Of a stretch of DNA of 64,000 nucleotides, positions 49,997 to 58,842 are shown piece after piece (positions within the stretch are counted from its first letter, which is position 1; every line of letters starts with the position of its first letter). The notes below the pieces were generated by a model. The model did not search any database, was not told the DNA's origin, and saw only the letters and a list, made by a program, of their open reading frames with translations. The stretch is from IMG/VR virus record IMGVR_UViG_3300008110_010000, positions 1 through 64,000 of that record; one strand, given 5' to 3'. Both the position numbers and the translations under genes were made by a program.

Positions 49997-50320
49997 ATGA
50001 TTACAGTAACTGAAAAAGCAGCACAAAGAATTAAATACCTAATAGAAGAAGCAGAAGATTCTAAGTTTTATCTAAGAGTATCTGTTAAAGGGGGAGGATG
50101 TAGCGGACTTTCATATGATTTATCATTTGATGACGAGATGAACGAAAAAGACACTCTTTATGAAGATAAAGCAGTTAAAATATTAGTGGATAATAAATCC
50201 ATTCTTTATCTGTTTGGAACTGAACTAGACTTCTCTGACGGACTTAACGGTAAGGGATTTCAGTTCGTAAATCCTAATGCCTCCCGCACATGTGGATGTG
50301 GAGAAAGCTTTGCTGTGTAG
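49997..50320 (+). CDS. iscA: Fe-S cluster assembly A-type carrier (IscA/HesB)
   Basis: GGCSGLSY, GFQFVNPNA..TCGCGESF. Confidence 0.92.
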   Translation: MITVTEKAAQRIKYLIEEAEDSKFYLRVSVKGGGCSGLSYDLSFDDEMNEKDTLYEDKAVKILVDNKSILYLFGTELDFSDGLNGKGFQFVNPNASRTCGCGESFAV

Positions 50321-50336
50321 CTTGATATATAGCTAC

Positions 50337-51029
50337 ATGATAAAGGGGTTTTCTGAATACATTAACGAAGCTTATAGCAATCCTAAAAATTATACGGATT
50401 TAAAATACGGAAATCCACAAAAGTGGCAAAAAGAAGCCATGGACAGAGGATCTAACCTTTTAAAATCTGTCAAAGAATCAAATCTTTGGGAAAAATGGAC
50501 TTCTAGTTTACCTCCCAATCAAGATTCAGAGGAGGTAAAATCCGATTTACAAAATTTAATTCTCATGGGAAATTCTTTAACCGAGGAGGAAAAAGAGTTT
50601 GTAAAGGATTCAGAAAATGATATGCTAGGAATCTTTGAGAAATTTTTAAAGTTAAATGGGGTTGATTCTATTAAGAAAGAAGATTTGGAATCGGTAACAG
50701 ATGAATTGGATCCGATCACTTTTATTTTAAAATATCAGTTTAACTATCCTAGACCACTTCAACTGGCTCTTGTCCACGACATACCCCTTTATCCAGAGCA
50801 GCCAACTAACGCTTGCAGTCCCGCTTATCCTTCCGGACACTCAATAGATGCTTTTGTGATTGCTGGATTGATTGCTAAAAAATACCCTCAACTTGCCGAT
50901 GATGTTTCTAAGCTTTCTGAAAGAGTTTCTATGACTAGAAACCTGGGAGGAATACATTTCACGTTTGATTCATCCTTTGGTAAAGAAATAGCAGAAGATA
51001 TACTTTCTTTGGATCTTTTATCCCTTTAG
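50337..51029 (+). CDS. PAP2/haloperoxidase-superfamily phosphatase with capsid-targeting-like N-terminus
   Basis: K..FNYPRP, YPSGH, R..GGIHF; likely start MIKGFSEYINE just after GATATATA. Confidence 0.75.
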   Translation: MIKGFSEYINEAYSNPKNYTDLKYGNPQKWQKEAMDRGSNLLKSVKESNLWEKWTSSLPPNQDSEEVKSDLQNLILMGNSLTEEEKEFVKDSENDMLGIFEKFLKLNGVDSIKKEDLESVTDELDPITFILKYQFNYPRPLQLALVHDIPLYPEQPTNACSPAYPSGHSIDAFVIAGLIAKKYPQLADDVSKLSERVSMTRNLGGIHFTFDSSFGKEIAEDILSLDLLSL

Positions 51030-51146
51030 AAAAATAGTTTAACCGATTAAACTTTCCCGTTTGTTTTATTGAATATATAAATTGGGCTTGATAAAAGGAT
51101 ATCTCATTGATACACTAATCATGCTGGAGAAATTGTATGAATTATT

Positions 51147-54100
51147 ATGGCAAATTATAGAATTTTAGGACAAGAAACTGTTAACAATTCGGTAAGTCCG
51201 GGACCTACCCTTGTAACACTTTATACGGTTCCTCAAAATGCTTCCATTCTAATCAATGCAATAACCGGATATAATGAGGGATTTAATAGTGGATATCTTA
51301 CCGTTGCAGTAAAAAGGAACGGGGACGAGGACTATTCTCCAGATCAAATTGTTATAAATACTCCCTTAGCACCCGGTGCTTCAATACAAATTTCTCCTCA
51401 ATTTTCTCCTGTTGGTTTAACTGCCGGCGACGTAATACTTTTAGTTGGTAATTATTCTCCTGCCCCTACAACAGTAGCGGTAACCTTATTCGGTGAAGAC
51501 GGGGCTTCTAGCGGTGGATCCGGCAATGCAGGAACATCCGGAACTTCAGGAAACAGTGGGGGCTCAAGTACTTCAGGAAGTAATGGTACTAGCGGGACTT
51601 CGGGAACTAATGGATCTACAGGAACTGGTGGTACTAGTGGTACCTCTGGAATGAACGGATCTATCGGAACTAATGGTACGAGTGGAACCTCAGGTGAAAC
51701 CTTCGGAACTAGTGGAACGTCAGGGGCAGCTGGTGCTCCTGGAGCAGCGGGATCTTCTGGAACATCTGGGGTTTCCGGAGCATCTGGTTCTTCTGGAACC
51801 TCTGGGGTTTCCGGAGCATCCGGTTCTTCCGGAACATCGGGAAATTCAGGTTCTTCTGGAACATCTGGGATTTCCGGGGCATCTGGTTCTTCCGGAACAT
51901 CAGGAAATTCGGGATCCTCTGGTACATCAGGAAATTCGGGAACCTCTGGTACTTCGGGAGAATCTGGTTCTGCTGGTACATCCGGATCATCTGGAACATC
52001 AGGAAACTCCGGGTCATCCGGTACATCAGGAAACTCCGGGTCCTCCGGTACATCAGGAAATTCGGGAACCTCTGGTACTTCTGGGGAATCTGGCTCTTCT
52101 GGAACATCAGGATTCTCTGGGTCCTCCGGAACATCAGGAAACTCCGGGTCATCCGGTACATCAGGATCCTCTGGAGAACCCGGTTCTGCCGGAACATCGG
52201 GATCCTCAGGTACATCTGGTACATCAGGAAACTCCGGGTCATCCGGTACATCAGGGTCATCCGGTACATCAGGGTCCTCTGGTACATCTGGTGCTGATGG
52301 TACATCCGGTTCTTCCGGAACCTCGGGAAACCCTGGATCATCAGGGACCTCTGGAACATCAGGAAACTCTGGATCATCGGGGACCTCCGGATCCGCTGGA
52401 ACTTCTGGTTTAAGCGGAATATCTGCAGGACAGATTTATTATTTTAACCAATCTCAGTCTTCTGACATTTCTCCATATAAAGTCCTTAGTGTTTACCCAT
52501 CAGGAGCTGCTGAACAAACAGTTCCTATGGTATTAACGGGCGGGCAATTGAATGTTCTGGTAAGTCAATTCCTGACCCCCGAATTGGGATTTGCTGTAAT
52601 TCCACCAGGCACTCAGAGATTTCATCTGCATTTTTTAAAACAACAGTTTAATGATGACATAGATGGCTATGTTACCATAGAACTTGCAAATTCGTCAGGT
52701 GTAGGATATGGCACTATTATTCAATCAAACAAAGCTTTAATTGGATGGGTGAGTGTTTCTCAATCTTATGAGCTGTTGGTTGATATTGTTTTACCTTCAG
52801 TATACATAAACACCACAGACAGAATGATTGTCAAGGTTTACGTTGACAATAATGAAGCAACCGTCAGAAATTTAACTTGGTACACAGAGGGGGCTCAAAA
52901 CTATTCATATGTAATCACATCGGTTGGAGCAATTGTAGCAAGCTCTGGAACGTCAGGGAGTTCTGGAACTAGTGGATCAAGCGGAACTTCGGGATCCGGG
53001 GGTTCATCAGGAACTAGCGGATCTAGTGGATCGGAGGGAACTTCAGGTAGCTCTGGTACTTCCGGCAGTTCTGGAACCTCTGGAGAAGATGGAACTTCAG
53101 GTAGCTCTGGTACTTCCGGCAGTTCTGGAACCTCTGGAGAAGATGGAACTTCGGGATCTGGGGGTTCATCAGGAACTAGCGGATCTAGTGGATCGGAGGG
53201 AACTTCAGGTAGCTCTGGTACTTCGGGAACCTCTGGAGAAGATGGAACTTCAGGTAGCTCTGGTACTTCGGGAACCTCTGGAGAAGATGGAACTAGTGGA
53301 TCTTCAGGTACATCAGGAACCTCGGGGGTGTGCGAGTGTCCACACAGCTACACTATCACGGCTCCAACGGATATCACGTGTTACTCTTTAACAAATGACG
53401 GAGATCCCGACAACGTAAATAGTACAAACTATCTCGATTGTAACGGGAATCCTGCGGTCATTTACAATAAAATTTTTCTCACACCAGCTACTTATTTCTG
53501 TGCTCAGACCGGATCTGTTACAACTGATTCGGGGCTCACTGTAATATCAGTACCTGATGATCCTGGATCTTGCGACGGATGTTGCGATGGATATGCTTAT
53601 TCTTATACCGACGAAACAGATACTATCATAAGTGGAATCATATATGACGGAGAATCTCTAACTTTCTGTGCGATCCCAGGATCTGTAGTTTGGTCCCATA
53701 CAATAGTAGACAATGGGCATTGTGTAGGAAGTTCAGGTACTTCCGGCAGTTCTGGTTCGAATGGTACGTCAGGTAGCTCTGGTACTTCCGGCAGTTCTGG
53801 ATCTTCTGGGACATCAGGAACTGATGGTTCCTCCGGTAGTACAGGTACTTCTGGTTCTTCCGGCAGTTCTGGATCTTCTGGGACATCAGGAACTGATGGT
53901 TCCTCCGGTAGTACAGGTACTTCTGGATCCTCAGGGTCATCTGGAACTTCCGGAACTGATGGATCTTCAGGTACATCAGGTAACTCTGGTTCTTCTGGAA
54001 CCTCAGGATCAGCAGGTACATCAGGAAATGAGGGTCCCCCTGGATCTTCGGGAACGTCAGGAATTGATGGAACCAACGGATCGACAGGTTCTTCTGGAAC

Positions 54101-55778
54101 CTCAGGAAACTCTGGTTCTTCAGGTACTTCAGGTACTTCAGGTAGTTCTGGTTCAACTGGTACTTCAGGTAGTTCTGGTTCTTCTGGAACCTCTGGTTCT
54201 TCTGGTTCAACTGGTACTTCAGGTACTTCAGGTACTTCCGGTAGTTCTGGTTCAACTGGTACTTCAGGTAGTTCTGGTTCTTCTGGAACCTCAGGAAACT
54301 CTGGATCTTCTGGAACCTCTGGAGCATCAGGATCTTCTGGAACCTCAGGAAACTCTGGTTCTTCTGGAACCTCTGGAGCATCAGGTAGTTCTGGTTCTTC
54401 TGGAACCTCTGGAGCATCAGGATCTTCTGGAACCTCAGGAAACTCTGGATCTTCTGGAACCTCAGGAAACTCTGGATCTTCTGGAACCTCTGGAGCATCA
54501 GGATCTTCTGGAACCTCAGGAAACTCTGGATCTTCTGGAACCTCTGGAGCATCAGGATCTTCTGGAACCTCTGGAGCATCGGGAGCTAATGGATCTTCTG
54601 GAACCTCTGGAGCATCAGGATCTTCTGGAACCTCTGGAGCATCAGGAGCTAATGGATCTTCTGGAACCTCTGGAGCATCAGGAGCTAATGGATCTTCTGG
54701 AACCTCAGGAAACTCTGGTTCTTCTGGAACCTCTGGAGCATCAGGAGCTAATGGATCTTCTGGAACCTCAGGATCTTCTGGAACCCGAGGTTCCTCAGGA
54801 ACTTCAGGAGCTTCCGGTGGAAACGGAACATCCGGAACTTCAGGAGCTTCCGGGGGAAGCGGAACATCCGGAACTTCGGGAGCTTCTAGTTCAGCAATAT
54901 CTAGTAATAACATCGACAACTATGTTGTTACCATGACTGGAAACAATTCCACGCCTTTCCAAGGGGAGCCTAACTTAACATTCGATAATACGAGACTTTT
55001 TGTAACTGGGAAAGTAAGGGTTTATCAAAATCCATTAAGCATAAGTTCAGGAAGTCTTTCTTGGCCTTTAAGATCTGGAGCAAATGCAACAGTTACTTTA
55101 AATCAAAATGTAACTACGTTTACACTTAGCGAATTTGAAGCTGGAGATACTGGGGTATTAATAGTAAAACAAGATGCTACTGGAGGTAGAACAATGGTAC
55201 TTCCCTCTAGTTCACAAGTAGTTGGAGGAGGATCTTATACCCCAACATCCGCTGCAAACTCACAAGACGTTCTTGGAGTTTACTACGACGGAACAACATA
55301 TTTCTGGACCATTGGGCTCGCTAGTGTTACAGGTAACTTACTTACAATAAACAATAATGCAGATCACAGAATATTGACTGCAACTGGTAGTGCTACTTCG
55401 ATAGACGGAGAAACAGGATTGACTTATAACAGCAGTACATTAGCAGTAACTGGAGCAATCACAGCAACAGGAGATATCACTGCTTATTCATCTTCGGATG
55501 AAAGATTAAAGGATAATATTTCGGTTATTCAGGATGCTTTGGAAAAGGTCTCTAGCATAAGAGGAGTGGAATTTGATTGGAACGACAAGGCTCATGAAGT
55601 TAATAGAGGTCACGATCTTGGAGTAATTGCTCAAGAGCTGATTAAAGTTCTTCCTGATGCAGTTAAAGAAAGAGAAGATGGATATTATGGGGTAAGATAT
55701 GACAGAATTATACCTCTTCTCATAGAGGCTATAAAAGACTTAAGAAAAGAAATAGAAGAACTTAAAAGAGAAAAATAA
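51147..55778 (+). CDS. Tail fibre-like protein with G/S/T repeats and C-terminal peptidase S74 chaperone
   Basis: Three GTSGSS repeat blocks; SSDERLKDNI...GVIAQE...YDRIIPLLIEAIK at the C-terminus. Confidence 0.85.
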   Translation: MANYRILGQETVNNSVSPGPTLVTLYTVPQNASILINAITGYNEGFNSGYLTVAVKRNGDEDYSPDQIVINTPLAPGASIQISPQFSPVGLTAGDVILLVGNYSPAPTTVAVTLFGEDGASSGGSGNAGTSGTSGNSGGSSTSGSNGTSGTSGTNGSTGTGGTSGTSGMNGSIGTNGTSGTSGETFGTSGTSGAAGAPGAAGSSGTSGVSGASGSSGTSGVSGASGSSGTSGNSGSSGTSGISGASGSSGTSGNSGSSGTSGNSGTSGTSGESGSAGTSGSSGTSGNSGSSGTSGNSGSSGTSGNSGTSGTSGESGSSGTSGFSGSSGTSGNSGSSGTSGSSGEPGSAGTSGSSGTSGTSGNSGSSGTSGSSGTSGSSGTSGADGTSGSSGTSGNPGSSGTSGTSGNSGSSGTSGSAGTSGLSGISAGQIYYFNQSQSSDISPYKVLSVYPSGAAEQTVPMVLTGGQLNVLVSQFLTPELGFAVIPPGTQRFHLHFLKQQFNDDIDGYVTIELANSSGVGYGTIIQSNKALIGWVSVSQSYELLVDIVLPSVYINTTDRMIVKVYVDNNEATVRNLTWYTEGAQNYSYVITSVGAIVASSGTSGSSGTSGSSGTSGSGGSSGTSGSSGSEGTSGSSGTSGSSGTSGEDGTSGSSGTSGSSGTSGEDGTSGSGGSSGTSGSSGSEGTSGSSGTSGTSGEDGTSGSSGTSGTSGEDGTSGSSGTSGTSGVCECPHSYTITAPTDITCYSLTNDGDPDNVNSTNYLDCNGNPAVIYNKIFLTPATYFCAQTGSVTTDSGLTVISVPDDPGSCDGCCDGYAYSYTDETDTIISGIIYDGESLTFCAIPGSVVWSHTIVDNGHCVGSSGTSGSSGSNGTSGSSGTSGSSGSSGTSGTDGSSGSTGTSGSSGSSGSSGTSGTDGSSGSTGTSGSSGSSGTSGTDGSSGTSGNSGSSGTSGSAGTSGNEGPPGSSGTSGIDGTNGSTGSSGTSGNSGSSGTSGTSGSSGSTGTSGSSGSSGTSGSSGSTGTSGTSGTSGSSGSTGTSGSSGSSGTSGNSGSSGTSGASGSSGTSGNSGSSGTSGASGSSGSSGTSGASGSSGTSGNSGSSGTSGNSGSSGTSGASGSSGTSGNSGSSGTSGASGSSGTSGASGANGSSGTSGASGSSGTSGASGANGSSGTSGASGANGSSGTSGNSGSSGTSGASGANGSSGTSGSSGTRGSSGTSGASGGNGTSGTSGASGGSGTSGTSGASSSAISSNNIDNYVVTMTGNNSTPFQGEPNLTFDNTRLFVTGKVRVYQNPLSISSGSLSWPLRSGANATVTLNQNVTTFTLSEFEAGDTGVLIVKQDATGGRTMVLPSSSQVVGGGSYTPTSAANSQDVLGVYYDGTTYFWTIGLASVTGNLLTINNNADHRILTATGSATSIDGETGLTYNSSTLAVTGAITATGDITAYSSSDERLKDNISVIQDALEKVSSIRGVEFDWNDKAHEVNRGHDLGVIAQELIKVLPDAVKEREDGYYGVRYDRIIPLLIEAIKDLRKEIEELKREK
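51507..52420 (+). repeat. GTSG/SSG low-complexity coding repeat, block 1
   Basis: 9/18/27-nt period units such as tcttctggaacatc. Confidence 0.9.
52941..53328 (+). repeat. GTSG repeat block 2, with EDGTSG units
   Basis: Near-exact duplications such as gggggttcatcaggaactagcggatctagtggatcggagggaac and tctggagaagatggaact. Confidence 0.9.
53727..54890 (+). repeat. GTSG repeat block 3
   Basis: Many near-identical ggatcttctggaacctc units. Confidence 0.9.
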
Positions 55779-56131
55779 TGACACATTTAGAGCCAGTAAT
55801 AGTTCAAAATGAAATACCTCCATACTTTGATATTTACTTTGAAAACACCCTTCCAGAAGGTGAGGATGAATTTTCTTTTTCTTTTGGACCCCAACCGGGA
55901 TACGATACTTGGGAGATAGAATTCGCTGAAGGATCAACTGATTGGGAGGTTAAACCTGATGGCTGGGTACAGATTGAAATAGGATGGGGTCAAGAAACAT
56001 ATTTAACCCCTTTCCATCATTTGAACCAAATAATACATTTAGAATTTAATAGAATCCATGTGATGAAACCCGGAACTCTAAAAACATTAAAATTAAGAGG
56101 TAGAAGAATAGCATTGAAAGATAAATCATGA
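55778..56131 (+). CDS. Hypothetical protein downstream of the tail fibre
   Basis: 117 aa, TAATG overlap with the tail fibre stop. Confidence 0.6.
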   Translation: MTHLEPVIVQNEIPPYFDIYFENTLPEGEDEFSFSFGPQPGYDTWEIEFAEGSTDWEVKPDGWVQIEIGWGQETYLTPFHHLNQIIHLEFNRIHVMKPGTLKTLKLRGRRIALKDKS

Positions 56132-56832
56132 GCCAGAGATATTACATGACCAGCTTAGGAAGAAGGCCTACTGGACCATCTACTGCTATCATCGGTAGTG
56201 ATGCCGATGTTCTGATGTTCAGATATGTTTGGCCAGGAACTTTGAATGGAGGTGATGCTGATACATTCACTGGCATTGAACCAGGAACTGGTACATCCTA
56301 TGATGGTATAAAAAATGCTAGCGGGGCACCAACCCGTTATGTTGGATATGCTCCAGGGGGAGGAATGACATCTACTGTGGGCTCGACGACAGGCATAAAT
56401 ACCTCAACAACACTCATTTATTGGGCTGGTGATAATACCTCAACTGCTGGACAGGAAGTTGTTTTAGTTAGACCCAAATCAATAGCTGCATTAGACACCT
56501 CTATAACAAGATGGAAAATCGGAATATATCTCAATTGGTATGATACAGTAGGGGTTGGGTGTATGGACTTTATAATCAGGTGCTACAGTGGTTCAACTTT
56601 CTCGGATACCGGTACAGACATCAGTGCATCAGGGGGAACGCTTTTAAGAACTTACCTGTTTAATGCTAATACAAACAACCAAAATAATCCCTCTGGGACT
56701 GGATACCCATCGAATGGTATCAATGGATATGCTCAAATCGGTATTTTTGAATTTTTTTCCAGTGGAGATGGGTTTTTTAGATATAATCTAACCTCTATCG
56801 GGAGCTGCAGTACTGAGAATGATATGGCTTAA
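56128..56832 (+). CDS. Putative virion structural protein
   Basis: G/T/S-rich, 234 aa, translationally coupled to the tail fibre operon. Confidence 0.55.
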   Translation: MSQRYYMTSLGRRPTGPSTAIIGSDADVLMFRYVWPGTLNGGDADTFTGIEPGTGTSYDGIKNASGAPTRYVGYAPGGGMTSTVGSTTGINTSTTLIYWAGDNTSTAGQEVVLVRPKSIAALDTSITRWKIGIYLNWYDTVGVGCMDFIIRCYSGSTFSDTGTDISASGGTLLRTYLFNANTNNQNNPSGTGYPSNGINGYAQIGIFEFFSSGDGFFRYNLTSIGSCSTENDMA

Positions 56833-56851
56833 TTTTTTTGTAACTTTTTTG

Positions 56852-56887
56852 TATATTTGTATAAAATAGATATTCAAACGATATATA
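56852..56887 (+). promoter_or_regulatory. Promoter region of tRNA array 1
   Basis: TATATTTG (Bacteroidota TAnnTTTG -7 box) at 56852-56859 and GATATATA at 56880-56887. Confidence 0.55.
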
Positions 56888-56898
56888 GATCAATTAAC

Positions 56899-56991
56899 AT
56901 GAAAAAAGGTTTCAACATATTGCCCCTTCATAGTTCGTTATCATCTTCAACAAGAAGACCGATAACCCCTGTGGAGAATCTGGGCAATTAA
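56899..56991 (+). CDS. Attenuator leader peptide 1 (30 aa)
   Basis: MKKGFNILPLHSSLSSSTRRPITPVENLGN*; its 3' end contains the antiterminator strand. Confidence 0.75.
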   Translation: MKKGFNILPLHSSLSSSTRRPITPVENLGN

Positions 56992-57016
56992 GAAACTTAA
57001 ATTCATTTTAGTTCTA

Positions 57017-57058
57017 AAAAACCCAGATCTCCTTCAAAAGAGGTCTGGGTTTTTATTT
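57017..57058 (+). terminator. Attenuator terminator 1
   Basis: cccagatctc/gaggtctggg 10-bp stem plus tttttattt; 5' arm can alternatively pair with ggagaatctggg (56973-56984). Confidence 0.85.
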
Positions 57059-57060
57059 AG

Positions 57061-57073
57061 GGTTCTTTGACAT
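57061..57073 (+). promoter_or_regulatory. boxA-like element GGTTCTTTGACAT
   Basis: Identical 13-mer also at 63977-63989; resembles rrn boxA. Confidence 0.5.
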
Positions 57074-57086
57074 TGTGGAAAATAAC

Positions 57087-57173
57087 GGAGGCTTGGCAGA
57101 GCGGTCGAATGCGGCAGTCTTGAAAACTGCTTTACGGGTAACTGTAACCGGGGTTCGAATCCCTGAGCCTCCG
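57087..57173 (+). tRNA. tRNA-Ser (TGA)
   Basis: gcagt-cttgaaa-actgc anticodon arm, long variable arm, G73. Confidence 0.92.
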
Positions 57174-57178
57174 CAATT

Positions 57179-57251
57179 GCCTCCTTAGCTCAGCTGGTAG
57201 AGCGACGCACTTGTAATGCGTAGGTCATTGGTTCGATCCCGATAGGAGGCT
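57179..57251 (+). tRNA. tRNA-Thr (TGT)
   Basis: acgca-cttgtaa-tgcgt. Confidence 0.92.
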
Positions 57252-57322
57252 CGATACTAACGTAAAACTTGTACACTAACATAATCCTTGTTAGCGTACA
57301 AAAAGTTCGTTAGCAGTCAAAT

Positions 57323-57409
57323 AGAGAGGTGTCCGAGAGGCTGATGGAGCACGCTTGGAAAGCGTGTTTACGAGCGATCGTAACAAGGGTTCGAATCCCT
57401 TTCTCTCTG
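57323..57409 (+). tRNA. tRNA-Ser (GGA)
   Basis: cacgc-ttggaaa-gcgtg, long variable arm. Confidence 0.9.
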
Positions 57410-57414
57410 CACAT

Positions 57415-57520
57415 GCCGGTGTGGCGGAATGATGACTTGGCCAGTCATAGACGTCCCTGATCTAGAGTGGGGGTGTAACCGAAAAGGACACCGTGAAGGT
57501 AAACAACCCTTCCACCGGCA
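57415..57520 (+). ncRNA. Atypical tRNA-Leu-like RNA (probable TAG register)
   Basis: gccggtg/caccggc acceptor stem and Leu-type D arm, but a hairpin inserted in the D loop, a non-TTCGA T loop and a mismatched anticodon stem. Confidence 0.55.
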
Positions 57521-57526
57521 CCTTTT

Positions 57527-57612
57527 GCCTGGGTGTTGGAATAGGTAGACAAGACAGACTTAAAATCTGTTGGACTGCAAAGTCCGTGCGGGTTCGATTC
57601 CCGCCCCAGGTA
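57527..57612 (+). tRNA. tRNA-Leu (TAA)
   Basis: acaga-cttaaaa-tctgt, long variable arm, A73. Confidence 0.92.
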
Positions 57613-57709
57613 CAAACCAAAAACAGCGTCGAGCCACATTTTGCGTCGTTCTTGGTCTAGATCTTCTCAACGGGAGAGGTGGCCGCGACCCCGAGGAGAT
57701 CACCAAATT

Positions 57710-57783
<74 letters not shown>

Positions 57784-57792
57784 CATTAAAAT

Positions 57793-57866
57793 GTTGGATG
57801 TAGCTCAGTTGGCAGAGCACTAGCTTGTGGCGCTAGATGTCGCCGGTTCGATCCCGGTCGTTCAAC
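57793..57866 (+). tRNA. tRNA-His (GTG)
   Basis: ctagc-ttgtggc-gctag; G-1:C73 pair. Confidence 0.9.
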
Positions 57867-57872
57867 CATTAT

Positions 57873-57949
57873 CGAGTAGTTCGGGAGTCAGGTTACCCGG
57901 CTTGGTTTGGGACCAAGACAACTCGCAAGTTCGAATCTTGCCTACTCGA
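57873..57949 (+). tRNA. tRNA-Pro (TGG)
   Basis: cttgg-tttggga-ccaag; cgagtag/ctactcg acceptor stem. Confidence 0.88.
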
Positions 57950-57955
57950 CAAAAA

Positions 57956-58046
57956 GGAGAGGTGCCTGAGTGGCCGAAAGGGCCGGTTTGCTAAACCGTT
58001 GTACGGACTTAAATCTGTACCGAGGGTTCGAATCCCTCCCTCTCCG
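57956..58046 (+). tRNA. tRNA-Ser (GCT)
   Basis: ttgctaa anticodon loop, long variable arm, G73. Confidence 0.9.
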
Positions 58047-58106
58047 CGTAGATTCTAAGCTAATTTTCTTTCCAGTAGGATATATAAATGGACATAAAAA
58101 TAGGAA

Positions 58107-58802
58107 ATGGAAATTATCACTAGATTTTTAGACTTCGTTAACGAGTCCATGATTTTAGAGTATCGCCCCAAGTCAGAACAAACCGGGGCTTACTCTATTT
58201 TTAAAATCACATTCTCCAATGGAGAAACACATTATGGACAACTAAGGGGTATTATCGACCCCGATGTTTATCTTAATACACTAAGATCCGGAGCTAAAAA
58301 CGCAGCATCAAAAACGAGGTTGCAAGAAAGAATTCTTTTCGAAGAGCCAAATCCAGACACAGAACTAGTCTTTTTTTCAAAAGACGAGGGTGAGGTTGTT
58401 GAAAAAATGAAAGATCTAGTTAAGAATGATCCTGACAGCATAAATACCCTGAATATGATAGGGTTAAAAAGAAGACTCGGTGTCAAGAATAAAACCATTT
58501 CAGTTCCGATTGATAAAACATATCTTTCTTCCGATGATCAAATTTTCATAGAAATGGATTATGCTATGAACGATCCGGAATTAAAATTAAGAGTTGATCT
58601 AGGAAAGACAGCATATAATCCAATAAACAGGAAAAAGTATGTTAAATCGAAAAACAAGAATTATATTAAACTAATTTCATTGGAAAAACCCACAGAATTT
58701 TCTGGCGAAACTGACTATCCCTATAAAGAATTAATACCCACAGAGGAAATGACAGCGGATTATATCAAGCAGTACTTTGGATTGGGTAAATACTCGAGAT
58801 AA
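58107..58802 (+). CDS. Hypothetical protein with capsid-targeting-like N-terminus and GIY-YIG-like segment
   Basis: MEIITRFLDFVNE; AYSIFKITFSNGETHYGQ resembles GIY-YIG; GATATATA at 58079-58086. Confidence 0.45.
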   Translation: MEIITRFLDFVNESMILEYRPKSEQTGAYSIFKITFSNGETHYGQLRGIIDPDVYLNTLRSGAKNAASKTRLQERILFEEPNPDTELVFFSKDEGEVVEKMKDLVKNDPDSINTLNMIGLKRRLGVKNKTISVPIDKTYLSSDDQIFIEMDYAMNDPELKLRVDLGKTAYNPINRKKYVKSKNKNYIKLISLEKPTEFSGETDYPYKELIPTEEMTADYIKQYFGLGKYSR

Positions 58803-58842
58803 GTCCCTTAAATCACGCAACTTCTTAAAATTTAATAATATT

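Noticed and set aside
50277-50336. Upstream start for the PAP2 gene
   Set aside because: Overlaps iscA; ATG at 50337 follows GATATATA and gives the shared N-terminal motif
73-50719. Many 60-115 aa ORFs opposite or inside annotated genes
   Set aside because: Fully nested in well-supported genes, no motifs, typical of AT-rich shadow frames
51507-54890. Periodic DNA repeats as a possible CRISPR array
   Set aside because: In-frame 9/18/27-nt coding repeats without unique spacers; no cas genes
51673-54936. Long alternative-frame and antisense ORFs (PEVPE, LLEPQE, FQKIQS repeats)
   Set aside because: Shadows of the stop-free GTSG repeat in the tail fibre; no independent start context
57456-57472. 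Amber suppressor (CTA) reading of the atypical tRNA and possible stop-codon recoding
   Set aside because: D-arm register favours TAG; genes are intact under code 11 and several end in TAG, so there is no sign of recoding
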